From contig JAUQQC010000003.1 of assembly GCA_030550025.1 (NCBI GenBank), positions 37,464-101,463 of the forward strand: 64,000 nucleotides of DNA, in the 5' to 3' direction. This document shows, in pieces, positions 18,234 to 29,374 of the stretch. A model generated the notes under the pieces. It had not been told where the DNA came from and searched no databases. It saw nothing but the letters and a program-made list of their open reading frames with translations. This DNA comes from Acidobacteriota bacterium (lineage in GTDB: Bacteria; Acidobacteriota; Blastocatellia; HR10). Within the stretch, counting starts at the first letter, position 1, and each line of letters begins with the position of its first letter. The translations under genes were made by a program, and so were the position numbers.

Positions 18234-19325
18234 TCAGTACGCATCTTCCCGCAAGAGGTGCAGGTTCCCGATGCTGACGCGCTCCAGACCCGCCTCGCGC
18301 GCCGCACGATAGCACCGCGCGGCATGCTGCCGCGAGGTCGTCGGAAGATCGGAGAGATAGAAGGCGGGATGAAAGGCCAAAAGCCGATATGGGATCGTAC
18401 GGTCTAACGAGGCGATGAATCGGGCGAGGGCGCGAACCTCTTCCTCGTCCACGTATCCGGGCACAAGCAATGTGCTCGCGACAAGTGGGGGTGGATCAGG
18501 GCGCTCCGAGATACGCCGCGCCAAACGGGCGAAGTTCTCCAACGTGCGCGTGTTCGTCACGCCCGTCAGCGCAATGTGAACGGGTTCGCTCCACGCCTTC
18601 AGATCGAACTTGACGCATCCGCCGGAAGCCAACGAGAGATCCATCATCCGTTCAGCGAGCTGCGGATGCATGGTCCCGTTCGTCTCAAAGCAGATGCGCA
18701 AAATCCGTCCAGCTCCTTGCGCACGCTCCACCGCCTCGCGCGCGGCGTCTAGCGCATGGGGTAACTGAGGAGTCGGATCGCCGCCGAAAAAACAGATGCA
18801 TGACGTCCGGGCGTCAACGGCGTGAACCAAGTCTTTCGCGCTCGCCTTCGCGCCACTCATTCGATCCCAACGATAGTGCCAGTTCTGACAGAATAGACAG
18901 TTGAACGTGCACGCTCCGTAAAAGACGGCTAGGTTCTTGTACCCGAACTCCGGACCCTTTCGGTGGGCGAATCGGGGATACCCGGCGCCCGTCCCTCCGG
19001 CGCACACCCAATCGGCTACGCAATTGGTTGGGAGCGGATCATAGTACCATCGGACGACAGCCACCTTGCGCCCGGCGAAAGGAAGCCCGCAATACCCAAT
19101 GTCATCCCCGACCAGCCGACATTCGTTCACGCAAATCGAGCAAAGCCGTCCACGCGGATCCCGAGGCGGCGATTCCGGGAGTCCAAACGCGCGCCGCGTG
19201 AGTTCATGAAGGCGCGCCACTCGCTCCAGCCCTTCGACGTCCCCACGCCGAAGGCACGCCCCGCATACCCCGAGGCGCTCAGCCACCACCGCAGAATGAA
19301 CGCCGCAGCTCTCACATCGTCCCAT
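18234..19325 (-). CDS. radical SAM protein (PflA-like activase family) with N-terminal Cys-rich region
   Basis: Contains FYGACTFNCLFCQNWHY (CxxxCxxC), an N-terminal CESCG...CGAC zinc-ribbon-like pair, and CSICVNEC. I chose the ATG at 19325. The listed GTG start at 19439 is also possible. Confidence 0.75.
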   Translation of the reverse strand: MGRCESCGVHSAVVAERLGVCGACLRRGDVEGLERVARLHELTRRAFGLPESPPRDPRGRLCSICVNECRLVGDDIGYCGLPFAGRKVAVVRWYYDPLPTNCVADWVCAGGTGAGYPRFAHRKGPEFGYKNLAVFYGACTFNCLFCQNWHYRWDRMSGAKASAKDLVHAVDARTSCICFFGGDPTPQLPHALDAAREAVERAQGAGRILRICFETNGTMHPQLAERMMDLSLASGGCVKFDLKAWSEPVHIALTGVTNTRTLENFARLARRISERPDPPPLVASTLLVPGYVDEEEVRALARFIASLDRTIPYRLLAFHPAFYLSDLPTTSRQHAARCYRAAREAGLERVSIGNLHLLREDAY

Positions 19326-19532
19326 CCCAGCGCAATTATACCCCCTACATAACAGGTGCGGGAGCGAACAGCCATGCCCGTTCTCAGCACGAACCAAACC
19401 GGACAAGCAGGAGCCCCTTTCTCCTCTCGTGAAGCGCACGGCCGCTCAGGGCTTTCTTCGAGACGATATCGGCATCGGGAGACCCGACCCGGAGAAGAGT
19501 CGGCGTCTCCCCCTTTGCAAATCGCGAGGGCC

Positions 19533-20918
19533 TCACACGTCCAGATACAAATAGAACTCCATCGGATGCGGACGCAAGCGCACGGCATCCACCTCGCGCT
19601 CGCGCTTGTACCGAACCCATCGCTCGATCAACGCCGGCGTGAAGACATCCCCCTTCAGCAGGAACTCGTAGTCCTGTTCGAGCGCCGCGAGCGCCTCTTC
19701 AAGCGAGCCCGGCAGCTTCGGCACATCCCTCAACTCCTCTGGACTCATATCGTAGATATCGCGGTCGAGCGGTTCTCCCGGCTCGATTCGTTGTTGGATG
19801 CCGTCCAGGCCCGCCATCAACATCGCCGCGAAAGCGAGATAAGGGTTGCAACTCGGATCGGGAGGCCGAAATTCCAGCCGTTTTGTCGCCGGATTGGCCG
19901 AATACATCGGAATACGAACGGCGGCACTGCGATTCCGCCGCGAATAGGCGAGATTCACCGGCGCCTCGAACCCCGGCACCAATCGCCGATAGCTATTGGT
20001 CGTCGGCGCGACGAAGGCGGCCAAGGCCGGTCCATGACGGAGCAGCCCACCGATGTACCAAAGCGCTTCCTGTGAGAGCCCCGCGTACCCCTCGCCCGCA
20101 AAGAGCGGACGCCCCCCCTTCCAGAGCGATTGATGGCAATGCATGCCGCTGCCATTATCCCCGAAAATCGGCTTCGGCATGAACGTCGCGACCTTCCCCC
20201 GCCGCCAGGCCACCTGGCGTACGATGTACTTGAACGCCATCACGTGATCAGCCGTCTCCACTACCCCCCCATAGCGAAAATCCACTTCGCCTTGTCCACC
20301 GCTCGCCACCTCGTGATGATGACACTCCACCTCGATGCCGATCTGCCGTAGGCGCTCGGCAATCTCCGTCCGGATATCCTGAAGCTGATCCACGGGCGGG
20401 ATCGGCACATATCCCTCCTTCCCGCGCATGCGATACCCCCGCGCCCCCCACTCCTCGCTTCGCACCTCATACCCACTCCGCACACCATCCACCTCGTATC
20501 GCACCTCGTCGAAGATGAAGAACTCGACCTCCGGGCCGAAATAAGCCTCGTCGGCGATCCCCGTGAACCGCATGTACGCCTCAGCTCGCTTCGCGACCCC
20601 GCGCGGATCATACTCGTACCCCTGCCGCGTGATCGGATCCACAGCATCCCCGATCAAACAGAGCGTCGGCTCTTCATAGAACGGATCCATCCAATACCAC
20701 CGCGCATCCGGAATGAGCAACATATCGCTCTCGTGGATCGCCGCCCATCCCCGGATGCTGGAGCCATCGAATCCGAAGCCCTCTTCGAAACTCTCTTCCC
20801 TCAATTGCTCGATGGGGAACGTCATGTGCTGCCATTGCCCCACTAAGTCCGTGAATCGAATATCCACATACTTCGCTCCATGCGCGCGCGCATATTCCAG
20901 AACTTTCTGCGGCGTCAT
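19533..20918 (-). CDS. glnA: glutamine synthetase type I
   Basis: Contains [47 protein letters not shown] and [16 protein letters not shown]. The ATG (MTPQK) is preceded by GGAGGGAG. Confidence 0.95.
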   Translation of the reverse strand: MTPQKVLEYARAHGAKYVDIRFTDLVGQWQHMTFPIEQLREESFEEGFGFDGSSIRGWAAIHESDMLLIPDARWYWMDPFYEEPTLCLIGDAVDPITRQGYEYDPRGVAKRAEAYMRFTGIADEAYFGPEVEFFIFDEVRYEVDGVRSGYEVRSEEWGARGYRMRGKEGYVPIPPVDQLQDIRTEIAERLRQIGIEVECHHHEVASGGQGEVDFRYGGVVETADHVMAFKYIVRQVAWRRGKVATFMPKPIFGDNGSGMHCHQSLWKGGRPLFAGEGYAGLSQEALWYIGGLLRHGPALAAFVAPTTNSYRRLVPGFEAPVNLAYSRRNRSAAVRIPMYSANPATKRLEFRPPDPSCNPYLAFAAMLMAGLDGIQQRIEPGEPLDRDIYDMSPEELRDVPKLPGSLEEALAALEQDYEFLLKGDVFTPALIERWVRYKREREVDAVRLRPHPMEFYLYLDV

Positions 20919-21012
20919 AATCTCCCTCCTCACATGATGAAAATATCACAATTGCGTCCGAAGATCTCACGACGCCCCCCCCCGAAAGCCTCCCTTCCGA
21001 CAACGGGAGACT

Positions 21013-21219
21013 TCAGAAGCGATGACGCCCCTCCCCGACAAACGCCGATCTCGGCTTGAGGCACTCCGGTAAAATCGAGATCACAATGCCATAGTCCCTG
21101 GCGTCCTTGACGAACCGTCGCACCTCTTCCGCCAAGAATGCACGAAACTCCTCTTCCGAAGAGAAACGCTCCCGAAAGTGGAGCAGGAATTGCATAATCT
21201 CCCCGTACTCGCTCCTCAT
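21013..21219 (-). CDS. hypothetical small protein (68 aa) upstream of glnA
   Basis: Reads MRSEYGEIMQFLLHFRERFSSEEEFRAFLAEEVRRFVKDARDYGIVISILPECL... GGGAGAGGAG lies 6 nt upstream of this ATG. The longer listed ORF (to 21378) has no RBS. No homology that I recognise. Confidence 0.35.
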   Translation of the reverse strand: MRSEYGEIMQFLLHFRERFSSEEEFRAFLAEEVRRFVKDARDYGIVISILPECLKPRSAFVGEGRHRF

Positions 21220-21655
21220 TGGTCGCTCCTCTCCCAGAGAGGACTTAACCCAAATATCTTGTGCAAACGGCGTGCCAAAGAGGAGCGAGGGATCGCCGCG
21301 ACCGCCATAACTATTTGAAACCCTCATGGTTCCTGCACTTCTTTGCCGGGGCATGCATCCATCATCAGAATGGCACAAGAGTGTATCATAAGGCTAGTTG
21401 AAATACAATTTTGGCCATAAAAGTCTTCGCCTCACCTGGTGCGATCTCACGGGGATTTCACGAGGCTCTCTCGTCCATCTTCCCCGTCGCTGCCATTGAG
21501 ATAGCTCCAACATAGGGCCGACATTGTTACAAATCCCGCCGACTTTTACAAGTTCGTCCAGGCGCGAACAGGTCTCTCTCGATTGAGTTTCGCTTGGGCG
21601 ATCGGCCTATTCTTAGGCAGGGCGGAGGAAGACATCCTCCGCCCCGTTGTCATCG

Positions 21656-24600
21656 TCACCACTCGAAACGGAAGCCGAGCTGAATGAACCGAGGCGTATT
21701 GAACTGCGTCGTCAGGACGCCGAACGAAGCTGGATCGAGCATGCTGAGCGTAGGATCGGCCAACTCCAAGCGATTGAAGGCGTTCAGCAAATCGCAGGTG
21801 AAGACCAAGCGTACGCTTTCGGTGATCGTCGTCTTCTTCCCGATGGAGAGATCGAAGTTCCAGCGCGGGAATCCACGGAGCACCCCCCGTCCTTGTCGCC
21901 CATCCTCGCTGATGCGAATCTTTCGGAAGCTATTGAACACAGCCTCCGGATTGGCAAAGAGGTTCAACCCCGTCCCCCCACGTTTGGGATCGCCGGCCGT
22001 ACCGATGCCACTCGATCCGGCGACGTTTCGATGCACCTTATTGGGGAAGTCGGGCTTCTTGAGCGGGATTGCACCCGCGCCCACGGAGAAGTTGAGCGGA
22101 TCTCCGCCCCAGACCTGATTACTTTGCACGAAGGTGAGCGGCAATCCGCTATTGGCCGTGAAGATCCCAGACAGGTACCATCCCCCGACGATCTTATCGA
22201 ACCACGTGCCCGTGCTCCAACGCTGTCCTCGTCCGAAGGGGAGCTCATAGAATCCCAACGCGTTCACCACATGCCGGCGATCGAAGAAGGCTGGGCCATA
22301 GTCGATGTCCGGATCATAGGACGATGAGAAGGTGCCGATGAAATTCTGAATGAGCCCCGCTTGATCGAGCGCCTTCGACAGGGTGTAGTTGATGTCGAAC
22401 GTCAAGTTCCGCGAGAAGGCCTTTCGCACGGTCAGGAAGAAGGAGTGATAGTTCGATCGCCCGCCATCGGTCCTCATCCAGAGGTCGAGCACCTGCATGT
22501 TGGTGATTGTCGGTTGCCCCGCCACCAACAGGGACGTTTGGATGAATGTCCAGAGATCGTTCAACAACCCATCCCGAAACGCCGCCGTGCGAGCCGTCGC
22601 CACGCGGACGGTTCCTCCAGGGCCAAGGAGATTCTCGAACCACGGCTGTGGCGTCACCCGATCCGGCGCTACGCCTGCCCGCAATTGTTGGGCTACGGCG
22701 TCGAACGCCTGTGCGAAAGTCTGAAGCGTCGCCCGATCGCGCATGAAGAACGGCACGGCGCTCAGTTGTACGTTCTGATTCAAATTCCGCCCCAATCGTC
22801 CGGCGTATCCGAACTCGACGAGGAAGCTTCCGGGCAGTTCCCGCTGAATCGTCAGATCGAGACTGTGCGAGCGCCCGACCTTGATGTCCGGATCCACTTG
22901 GAACGACAAGATCTCCCCAAAGGGAATGCCGGGGACAACCGGAGGAGTTACGGCAGGAATGGTTGGGATGGGAGCGGGTCCATCTACGCCGATACGGAAG
23001 GCGTTCGAGGGATCATTGTTCCCCGCGCACACCCCTCCGATACGCGGCCCGCGGCAGTTGATCGTTTGCGCGAATCCGACGCCCAGAAGCGGGATGACGA
23101 TCGTCTGGACCGTGTTCAGGCGATCGTACACGATCCCATATCCGGCGCGGAGGACGCCCTTTCGATTCCCGAACAACGCGCCGCCCACGCCGCGCTCGAA
23201 CGCCGGATTCCAGGCTATAGCCACGCGCGGGCCAAAATTCGTTCGATCCACGTCGAAGATACGATCCCGACCGGAATTCCGGATCGGCTGGAAGGCGAGC
23301 GAAGGATTATAGATCTCCCCGCGCAGAGCTGCCTCCCGTCGCGCAGCGAAGTACTGGCTCGAAGTCAAGATCTTTCCGCTCGCTTGCTCGATCAAGAACG
23401 TCTGTCGCCCGTCTCTCTCCACCGGCGGCGTCTGCCACTGGTAGCTCGCGCCGAGCGTGAGCGTCAGCGAGGGGCGAATGCGCCAAACATCGTTGAAATA
23501 AAACTCGTAAGCGTTGATCCGGGCGTCCACCTCAAGCGGCGAGCCGATCGGACGGGGATTCAACCGCCCATCGCGCACGATCATGACCCCGACGTTATCA
23601 ATGATCCCGAGCGCTCCAGCGTAGAGTCGATTCCATCGCGTCACATCGCCCGGTTGCAAGCAATTCGTCCGCACCGTCTCCGAACAACTCGGTGGCCGAT
23701 TCGACGGCGGGATCGTCACCGCCCCCGCTACATCCAGCTCGGCCACCAACGACGCCAGCGATCCGACGACCTTGTCGTCGCGCAGGTGATAGAGCTTCAG
23801 CCGACGAATGGATGTCCCGAATTGCATCGTATGTCGCCCCTTGATCCACGTCACGTTGTCCACAAATTGCGTCACGTGATCGTTGACCCCTTGTGTGCGC
23901 GCGACCTGCGCATGCACATCAATGGGTTCGGAGACCAACCCTCCAAACGAGGGATGCCCCGCCACCTGAAGCGCCACGTTTGTCCCCGGCACCTGCGGGA
24001 ACGGAGAGACCCGCTGCAACCACCAGAAATTCCGTTGGAACGAGAATCGAAACTCGTTGGTCAGATGGGGCGTGAGCTGCCCGATCAACCCCGCCGTCAC
24101 CAGGCGCGGCTGCACCGGAACCTTGGCTAGAGAGGCTGGGACGCCCTTGGTGTTCCCTTTCAGAAGCCCCCCGATGTCCAACTGCGTCGGAGAGGCCGCG
24201 GTCTGCCGGAAATACCGATAGCTCCCCTCGAAGCGCCAACGATCGCTCACGTAATGATCCAGGCGAATGACGGCGAAATCGTTGGTGATTGAGGCATCGG
24301 CGATGCTCCGAAAGCCGATGGTATTTAACCCATCGCCCACCGAAGGATCGTTCCCCGCAGGCAACAAGTCCCATAACGCCTTGACCACCGGATTCAACCC
24401 GATTCCTCGTGGATCGCAGGGATCGGAATTCGTCGGGCCACAGAGCCGTGAGGTCTTCAGATCATAGCTGACGATTTGACCGCTCGCATCGCGAAATCGC
24501 AAGATTCCGGCGCGCAATGTATCCGTCGGCACCACGCGGACGATGTCCTGCGACTGCGGGAATCGCCGCCCCTCATAGTGGGCGAACACGAACGCCCGAT

Positions 24601-25516
24601 TCCTCACAATCGGTCCTCCGCCGGAGAATCCGAAACGGTTGTCCTTCAACTCCGGATCAGGCTGCCTCGTTCGGTTTCGCGTCCACGTGTTCGCGTTCAG
24701 GTTATCGTTTTGATGGTACCAATAGGCCGAACCATGGAATTCGTTCGTCCCGCGCTTGGTGATGAAGGCGATCTGCCCGCCCGAGCTGCGCCCGAAGGTC
24801 GCGTTCGGGTTCGTCGTCCCCACTCGGAATTCCTCGATGCTCTCGACCGGAACAGGAATGATGGGCTCGGGCCCGCTGGAGAGCGGTTTCACCGGGTGCG
24901 TTCCCACGGTGTTGTCCGTGATGTCCACCCCATCGAGAATGAACGTGTTCTGGTCACTTCGAGCGCCCGCGACTTGTCCCCCGATGTTGTCATTGACGCC
25001 GACACCGCGATACGGCATCGTCAGCGGTTGCAGCAAGTAGATCGAGACAGCGCTCCGATTGATATTGGGCAAGCGCAAGAGCGTCTCCCCCTTGAGGACG
25101 TTTCCGACCGTCGCGTCCACGGTCTGCAGTTCCACGCCCGCTCCGGCCGTCACCTCGACCGTCTCGGCGATCTCCCCGACTTCGAGCGTGAAGTTCACCG
25201 TGTACCCCTTGGCGACGTCGATCTTCAGCGCGGAGACGACCGCTTGACGGAAGCCCGGCGCCGTGGCCGTGATCCGATAGATGCCGGGAGAGAGGTTCGT
25301 GACGACATACTGCCCGGCCTCATTGGTCTTGACCGTGCGGCTGACGCTGGTCGCCGTCTCGGTCACGGTGACCTCGGCTCCCGCGATGACGGCCCCAGCC
25401 GGATCGGTGACTGTCCCGCTCACGGTGGCCGTCGCCGCCGTTTGCCCAAATGCAGCGCTCCAAAAGGCGCACAAAGAAAGGACTATCACCACAACACTAC
25501 GGTTTTGCCGCTTCAT
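21656..25516 (-). CDS. TonB-dependent receptor with N-terminal CarboxypepD_reg-like domain
   Basis: 1286 aa. Signal peptide, then VSGTVTDPAGAVIAGAEVTVTE...NEAGQYVVTNLSPGIYRITATAPGF, a plug-like region, a long beta-rich body and a C-terminal GFRFEW. RBS GGGAGGGGGAG. Confidence 0.85.
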   Translation of the reverse strand: MKRQNRSVVVIVLSLCAFWSAAFGQTAATATVSGTVTDPAGAVIAGAEVTVTETATSVSRTVKTNEAGQYVVTNLSPGIYRITATAPGFRQAVVSALKIDVAKGYTVNFTLEVGEIAETVEVTAGAGVELQTVDATVGNVLKGETLLRLPNINRSAVSIYLLQPLTMPYRGVGVNDNIGGQVAGARSDQNTFILDGVDITDNTVGTHPVKPLSSGPEPIIPVPVESIEEFRVGTTNPNATFGRSSGGQIAFITKRGTNEFHGSAYWYHQNDNLNANTWTRNRTRQPDPELKDNRFGFSGGGPIVRNRAFVFAHYEGRRFPQSQDIVRVVPTDTLRAGILRFRDASGQIVSYDLKTSRLCGPTNSDPCDPRGIGLNPVVKALWDLLPAGNDPSVGDGLNTIGFRSIADASITNDFAVIRLDHYVSDRWRFEGSYRYFRQTAASPTQLDIGGLLKGNTKGVPASLAKVPVQPRLVTAGLIGQLTPHLTNEFRFSFQRNFWWLQRVSPFPQVPGTNVALQVAGHPSFGGLVSEPIDVHAQVARTQGVNDHVTQFVDNVTWIKGRHTMQFGTSIRRLKLYHLRDDKVVGSLASLVAELDVAGAVTIPPSNRPPSCSETVRTNCLQPGDVTRWNRLYAGALGIIDNVGVMIVRDGRLNPRPIGSPLEVDARINAYEFYFNDVWRIRPSLTLTLGASYQWQTPPVERDGRQTFLIEQASGKILTSSQYFAARREAALRGEIYNPSLAFQPIRNSGRDRIFDVDRTNFGPRVAIAWNPAFERGVGGALFGNRKGVLRAGYGIVYDRLNTVQTIVIPLLGVGFAQTINCRGPRIGGVCAGNNDPSNAFRIGVDGPAPIPTIPAVTPPVVPGIPFGEILSFQVDPDIKVGRSHSLDLTIQRELPGSFLVEFGYAGRLGRNLNQNVQLSAVPFFMRDRATLQTFAQAFDAVAQQLRAGVAPDRVTPQPWFENLLGPGGTVRVATARTAAFRDGLLNDLWTFIQTSLLVAGQPTITNMQVLDLWMRTDGGRSNYHSFFLTVRKAFSRNLTFDINYTLSKALDQAGLIQNFIGTFSSSYDPDIDYGPAFFDRRHVVNALGFYELPFGRGQRWSTGTWFDKIVGGWYLSGIFTANSGLPLTFVQSNQVWGGDPLNFSVGAGAIPLKKPDFPNKVHRNVAGSSGIGTAGDPKRGGTGLNLFANPEAVFNSFRKIRISEDGRQGRGVLRGFPRWNFDLSIGKKTTITESVRLVFTCDLLNAFNRLELADPTLSMLDPASFGVLTTQFNTPRFIQLGFRFEW

Positions 25517-25588
25517 CTCTCCCCCTCCCTAGTTTGAATTTCTGGCGTGCCCAAAAATATCGCACAACGCCTACCTCAAGCAAGCCCC

Positions 25589-27148
25589 TCAACGCTCGCG
25601 CCCCTCTCCTTTCGGAAGGACGCGCTTGAAGGCGAGGTCCTCGAAGAGGCCAGAGATGGTCATCCGCAACTCGCTGACCTTTCCCTCGACATCCGGCACG
25701 AAGATCGCGAAAGCCCGAGGGAAGAGAGGATCGCGCCAGCGCACTCGAAACGTCTCATAGTGCCAATGCTCCAGATCCCCTACGCGAGTCGGTCCGAATC
25801 GCAGCACAAGCCTTCCCTCCTCTTCGGCGACGCTCACCTCGCCATACACATCGTTCTCATACGTTCCGACGTATTGCGCCGGGGGCAAAGCAGGTCTCGT
25901 CCCCACAACGCGCGCATCTTCGATGCGTTTCAGAGCAGCCTGTTGTTGTTCCTGCAAGGCCTTCGCTCGTTGGAGGAACTCCGCACTCCAATCTCGTGGC
26001 GGAGCCCCGAAGAAGGCATCCAGGATGCGATACTTGAGCGCATGCACAAGCAGCGTCCCGTTCATGTTCGTCAAAATGACCGCCCCCAACTTCTCCTCCG
26101 GGACCAGGATCACGAGCGCACTCATCCCATCAATGTTGCCCCCGTGCTCGACGATCTTCCGGCCTCGGTAATCATGGAGGAACCATCCCAACCCATAGGT
26201 CAGGAATCGCGCTTCCGGAAAGAGCGTGGAATAGGGCGGCTCGGGACGAATGATCATCTGCGGCGTCTGCATCTCGCGCTCCATAGCGGCGTTCCAAAAC
26301 CGCTGCCCTCGGTACGTTCCCTCGTTCAGATGGAGGCGGATCCACTCGGCCATCTCCAAGACGCTGGAATTGATCGCTCCGGCCGGAGCGATGTTATCAA
26401 TGTCCCGCCAGGGAATAGGCCGGACGATGTTCTCGACCTTCGCATGCGGCGTGGCGACATCCGAAGCCTCGCGCAGCGCTTTCACGCTCGTCGTGCTCGT
26501 CGTCATCCCCAAGGGTTGAAAGATCCGCTCGCGGATGAACTCATCCCATGTCTTACCGGTGACGGCGCGAATGAGCTGGCCAGCCACCAGGTAGAGGATG
26601 TTCTGATACCCGAAGTGGCTGCGAAAGCTCCAGCGCGGCTTCAAAAACCGAATCCGCCGCACGATCTCCTCCCGCTCATACATCGAGCCGTACCAGAGCA
26701 GATCGGCGCGCTCGAGACCGCTCCGATGGGTGACCAGATCGCGGACCGTCAACTCGCGGGTGACGTAGGGGTCGAACAGTTGAAAGTCGGGGAGATATTT
26801 CAGGACCGGATCGTCCCATCGAATCTTCCCTTCTTCCACGAGCATGGCGAGGGCGGCCGTCGTGAAGGCTTTCGAGGCCGAGCCGATGGCGAAGATCGTG
26901 CGCTCGGTCACCGGAGCCGGATCCCCGAGCCGTTTGACACCGTAGCCCTTGGCGAGAACCACCGCATCATTCTTGACGATGGCCAACGCCAAGCCGGGGA
27001 CTTCCCAATCACGCATCGCTCGGACGATGTATGCCTCCAGATCTTGAAGGCCTTCCGCCTGCGGATTCGGCCGAGCGAAGCCGGGATCGCATGGGCTCGC
27101 GATGGCGAACAGAAGGATGAGGGTGACAGATAGCCGGACGCTTTTCAT
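25589..27148 (-). CDS. secreted serine hydrolase, class C beta-lactamase / S12 peptidase family
   Basis: Signal peptide, SxxK motif in FAIGSASKAFT, a YxN-like region, and a C-terminal extra domain (about 120 aa). RBS GAGGAGGG. Confidence 0.85.
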   Translation of the reverse strand: MKSVRLSVTLILLFAIASPCDPGFARPNPQAEGLQDLEAYIVRAMRDWEVPGLALAIVKNDAVVLAKGYGVKRLGDPAPVTERTIFAIGSASKAFTTAALAMLVEEGKIRWDDPVLKYLPDFQLFDPYVTRELTVRDLVTHRSGLERADLLWYGSMYEREEIVRRIRFLKPRWSFRSHFGYQNILYLVAGQLIRAVTGKTWDEFIRERIFQPLGMTTSTTSVKALREASDVATPHAKVENIVRPIPWRDIDNIAPAGAINSSVLEMAEWIRLHLNEGTYRGQRFWNAAMEREMQTPQMIIRPEPPYSTLFPEARFLTYGLGWFLHDYRGRKIVEHGGNIDGMSALVILVPEEKLGAVILTNMNGTLLVHALKYRILDAFFGAPPRDWSAEFLQRAKALQEQQQAALKRIEDARVVGTRPALPPAQYVGTYENDVYGEVSVAEEEGRLVLRFGPTRVGDLEHWHYETFRVRWRDPLFPRAFAIFVPDVEGKVSELRMTISGLFEDLAFKRVLPKGEGRER

Positions 27149-27223
27149 CTCGCCCTCCTCAATGGAGTCTCCAACGAGTGCGCACCCATCTCCTCCTCCA
27201 AGACCGAACGAACGCGCACCCGT

Positions 27224-29302
27224 TCATCCACGTTTCCGGTGTTCATCGAACCAATTCACGATGTACAAGATCTTGGCCATATGATGGCTCGGTCGCCGCA
27301 TGATCCCGTGCGGCTCTCCGGGAACGCGCACGAGCACAGCCTCCACCCCCAAGAGCTTCAGCGCCGTGAAATACTGTTCGGATTCGGACATCGGCGTGCG
27401 ATAATCCTCCTCCCCAGTGATGATGAGCGTCGGCGTGCGCACGTTCTTGACGACCGAGAGGAGCGACCGCTTCTCGTAGTGCTCGACGTGATCCCACGGG
27501 AACCCGGGGAACCAGTACTTGATGGCGAACGCGGCGATATCGGCCGTCAGCACGAAACTGTACCAGTTGATCACGGGATAGGCGGCTGCGGCTGCTCGAA
27601 ACCGGTTCGTCCGCCCGATCACCCAACAGGTCAAGACGCCGCCGCCACTGCCGCCCGTGACGAAGAGGTTCTCCGGGTCCACATAGCCGCGCGCGAGGAC
27701 AGCGTCCACGCCCGACATGAGATCGTAGAAATCGTCGCCCGGATAGGCATGATGAATCAGATTGCCGAATTCCTCCCCGTAGCTTGTGCTCCCACGTGGA
27801 TTCACGTAGAGGACGACATAGCCACGCGCCGCCCACATCTGCTTCTCCACGTCGAATCGGTCGCCATAGTTGGCGAACGGTCCACCATGGATTTCCAGGA
27901 TCAGGGGATATTTCTTCGAGGGATCGAAATCCGGAGGCGTGATGATCCATCCCTGGATCTTCCGCCCATCGAGCGAAGACGTGTACCAGATTTCCTCGAC
28001 GCGCCCGAGCTTCTTCCGCGCGAAGAGATCAGCATTCAACGCCGTGAGGACGCGAAGTTCGGGGTTGGCAAGCGTGCCCACGGCGATGTCTCCCGGCACA
28101 TCCGGGCGCGTATAGGTCACGGCGAAAGCACCGTTGTTCGCCACGCTGAAAGCGCCGCCCATGCTGTAAGCGAGATCTCCGCTCCCAATATGAGCGGCGA
28201 GCGTTCGGAAAGCGCCCTCGAGCGTATAGAGACCGAGCTTCGTCGTGCCTTGATCGTCGTAGAGGAAGAGGATGCCGCGACCATCCGGAGTCCAGCGCGG
28301 TCGCGCGACATCGCGATCGAGCGCCGCCGAGAGCACACGCGAGCCGCTTCCATCTCGATTCATCACATAAAGGCGCGTCACTTGATACCCCTGATAGGCG
28401 TCATCGAACCCCACGTATGCGATATAGCGCCCATCGGGGGAGATCGCCGGCGCGTTATCCGGTCCCCTCCGGTTGGTCAGAGCTCGAACCGATCCGTCGG
28501 CGATGGAGAATTCGTAGATCTCCGTATCGAGCGGCTCCAGATCGAAATCCGGACGACGATTAACCGAGATGAGCAACGCTTTCCCATCGGGCGTCCATAC
28601 GGCCTCGCTCGCGCGGAAGCCGACCCCGCCGTGATGGAACTTCCCGCTGGAGATCTGCCGGGGTGTCCCTCCTTCCGCCGGCACGATAAACAGGTGCGTG
28701 TATCCCGGTTTCAAATATCCCGCGCCGTTGAACCGATAGACGAGCCGATCGATCACCACCGCGGAATCCGCCCACTTGGCTCCGGGGGGCGGCGAAGGGA
28801 ACCCCCCGATCTGTCGCGGCGGCTCCGGGACGAACATCGCAAACGAGATAAAGCGTCCATCTGGAGACCATGCGATCCCTTCTGGCGGGAACGGCACGTT
28901 CGTGACCCGCGCCGTCTGCCCCGTGTCCATCCACCGCACGTAGATCTGCGGCGAGCCCTCTCGATCCGAAAGGTACGCGATCCGCGTGCCATCGGGCGAC
29001 CATCGGGGAGAACTGTCCCGATAGATGCCCGTCGTCAACGGGCGATGCTCCTTCCCATCGAAGGAGATGATCCAGAGGTTGGAGTAGCGCTGATCCGTCA
29101 TGACATCGCTCGCCCGCCGCACGTAGACGATGTACCGCCCATCGGGCGAGATCTGTGGATCGCTCGCATACTCCAGCTCGAAAAGGTCCATCGGAGTGAG
29201 CCGATCTTCCTGATCCCGCGCGATCGCCGGAAGACCGCTCACGAGGACCGCCAAAAGGACGACTCCGACGAAGCCTCGGGGCCACCGACGCCGTTCGATC
29301 AT
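27224..29302 (-). CDS. S9 family serine peptidase (paralog of 12254-14338)
   Basis: Same architecture as the first S9 gene: SPDG propeller repeats, FVTGGSGGGVL, GEEDYRTP and GEPHGI. ATG at 29302 (MIERRRWP) lies 6 nt after GAGGAGG. Confidence 0.85.
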   Translation of the reverse strand: MIERRRWPRGFVGVVLLAVLVSGLPAIARDQEDRLTPMDLFELEYASDPQISPDGRYIVYVRRASDVMTDQRYSNLWIISFDGKEHRPLTTGIYRDSSPRWSPDGTRIAYLSDREGSPQIYVRWMDTGQTARVTNVPFPPEGIAWSPDGRFISFAMFVPEPPRQIGGFPSPPPGAKWADSAVVIDRLVYRFNGAGYLKPGYTHLFIVPAEGGTPRQISSGKFHHGGVGFRASEAVWTPDGKALLISVNRRPDFDLEPLDTEIYEFSIADGSVRALTNRRGPDNAPAISPDGRYIAYVGFDDAYQGYQVTRLYVMNRDGSGSRVLSAALDRDVARPRWTPDGRGILFLYDDQGTTKLGLYTLEGAFRTLAAHIGSGDLAYSMGGAFSVANNGAFAVTYTRPDVPGDIAVGTLANPELRVLTALNADLFARKKLGRVEEIWYTSSLDGRKIQGWIITPPDFDPSKKYPLILEIHGGPFANYGDRFDVEKQMWAARGYVVLYVNPRGSTSYGEEFGNLIHHAYPGDDFYDLMSGVDAVLARGYVDPENLFVTGGSGGGVLTCWVIGRTNRFRAAAAAYPVINWYSFVLTADIAAFAIKYWFPGFPWDHVEHYEKRSLLSVVKNVRTPTLIITGEEDYRTPMSESEQYFTALKLLGVEAVLVRVPGEPHGIMRRPSHHMAKILYIVNWFDEHRKRG

Positions 29303-29374
29303 AGGGCTCCTCCTCGATTTGGACTCCCTGCGCATGGTAGCGACGCCCGCACCTCCTGAATGGAGAAGGCCAGG

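Noticed and set aside
22361-24130. 589 aa plus-strand ORF (with 24476-25537 and 21647-22327) opposite the TonB-dependent receptor
   Set aside because: It is a mirror-frame ORF typical of high-GC DNA. Its composition is Arg/Pro/His/Asp-rich with no motifs, and it is fully contained within a minus-strand gene that has clear family signatures.
27239-29359. 706 aa plus-strand ORF opposite the second S9 peptidase, and 25547-27133 opposite the serine hydrolase
   Set aside because: These are antisense shadows of confidently assigned genes. They have no RBS or recognisable domains and a skewed R/P/D/H composition.
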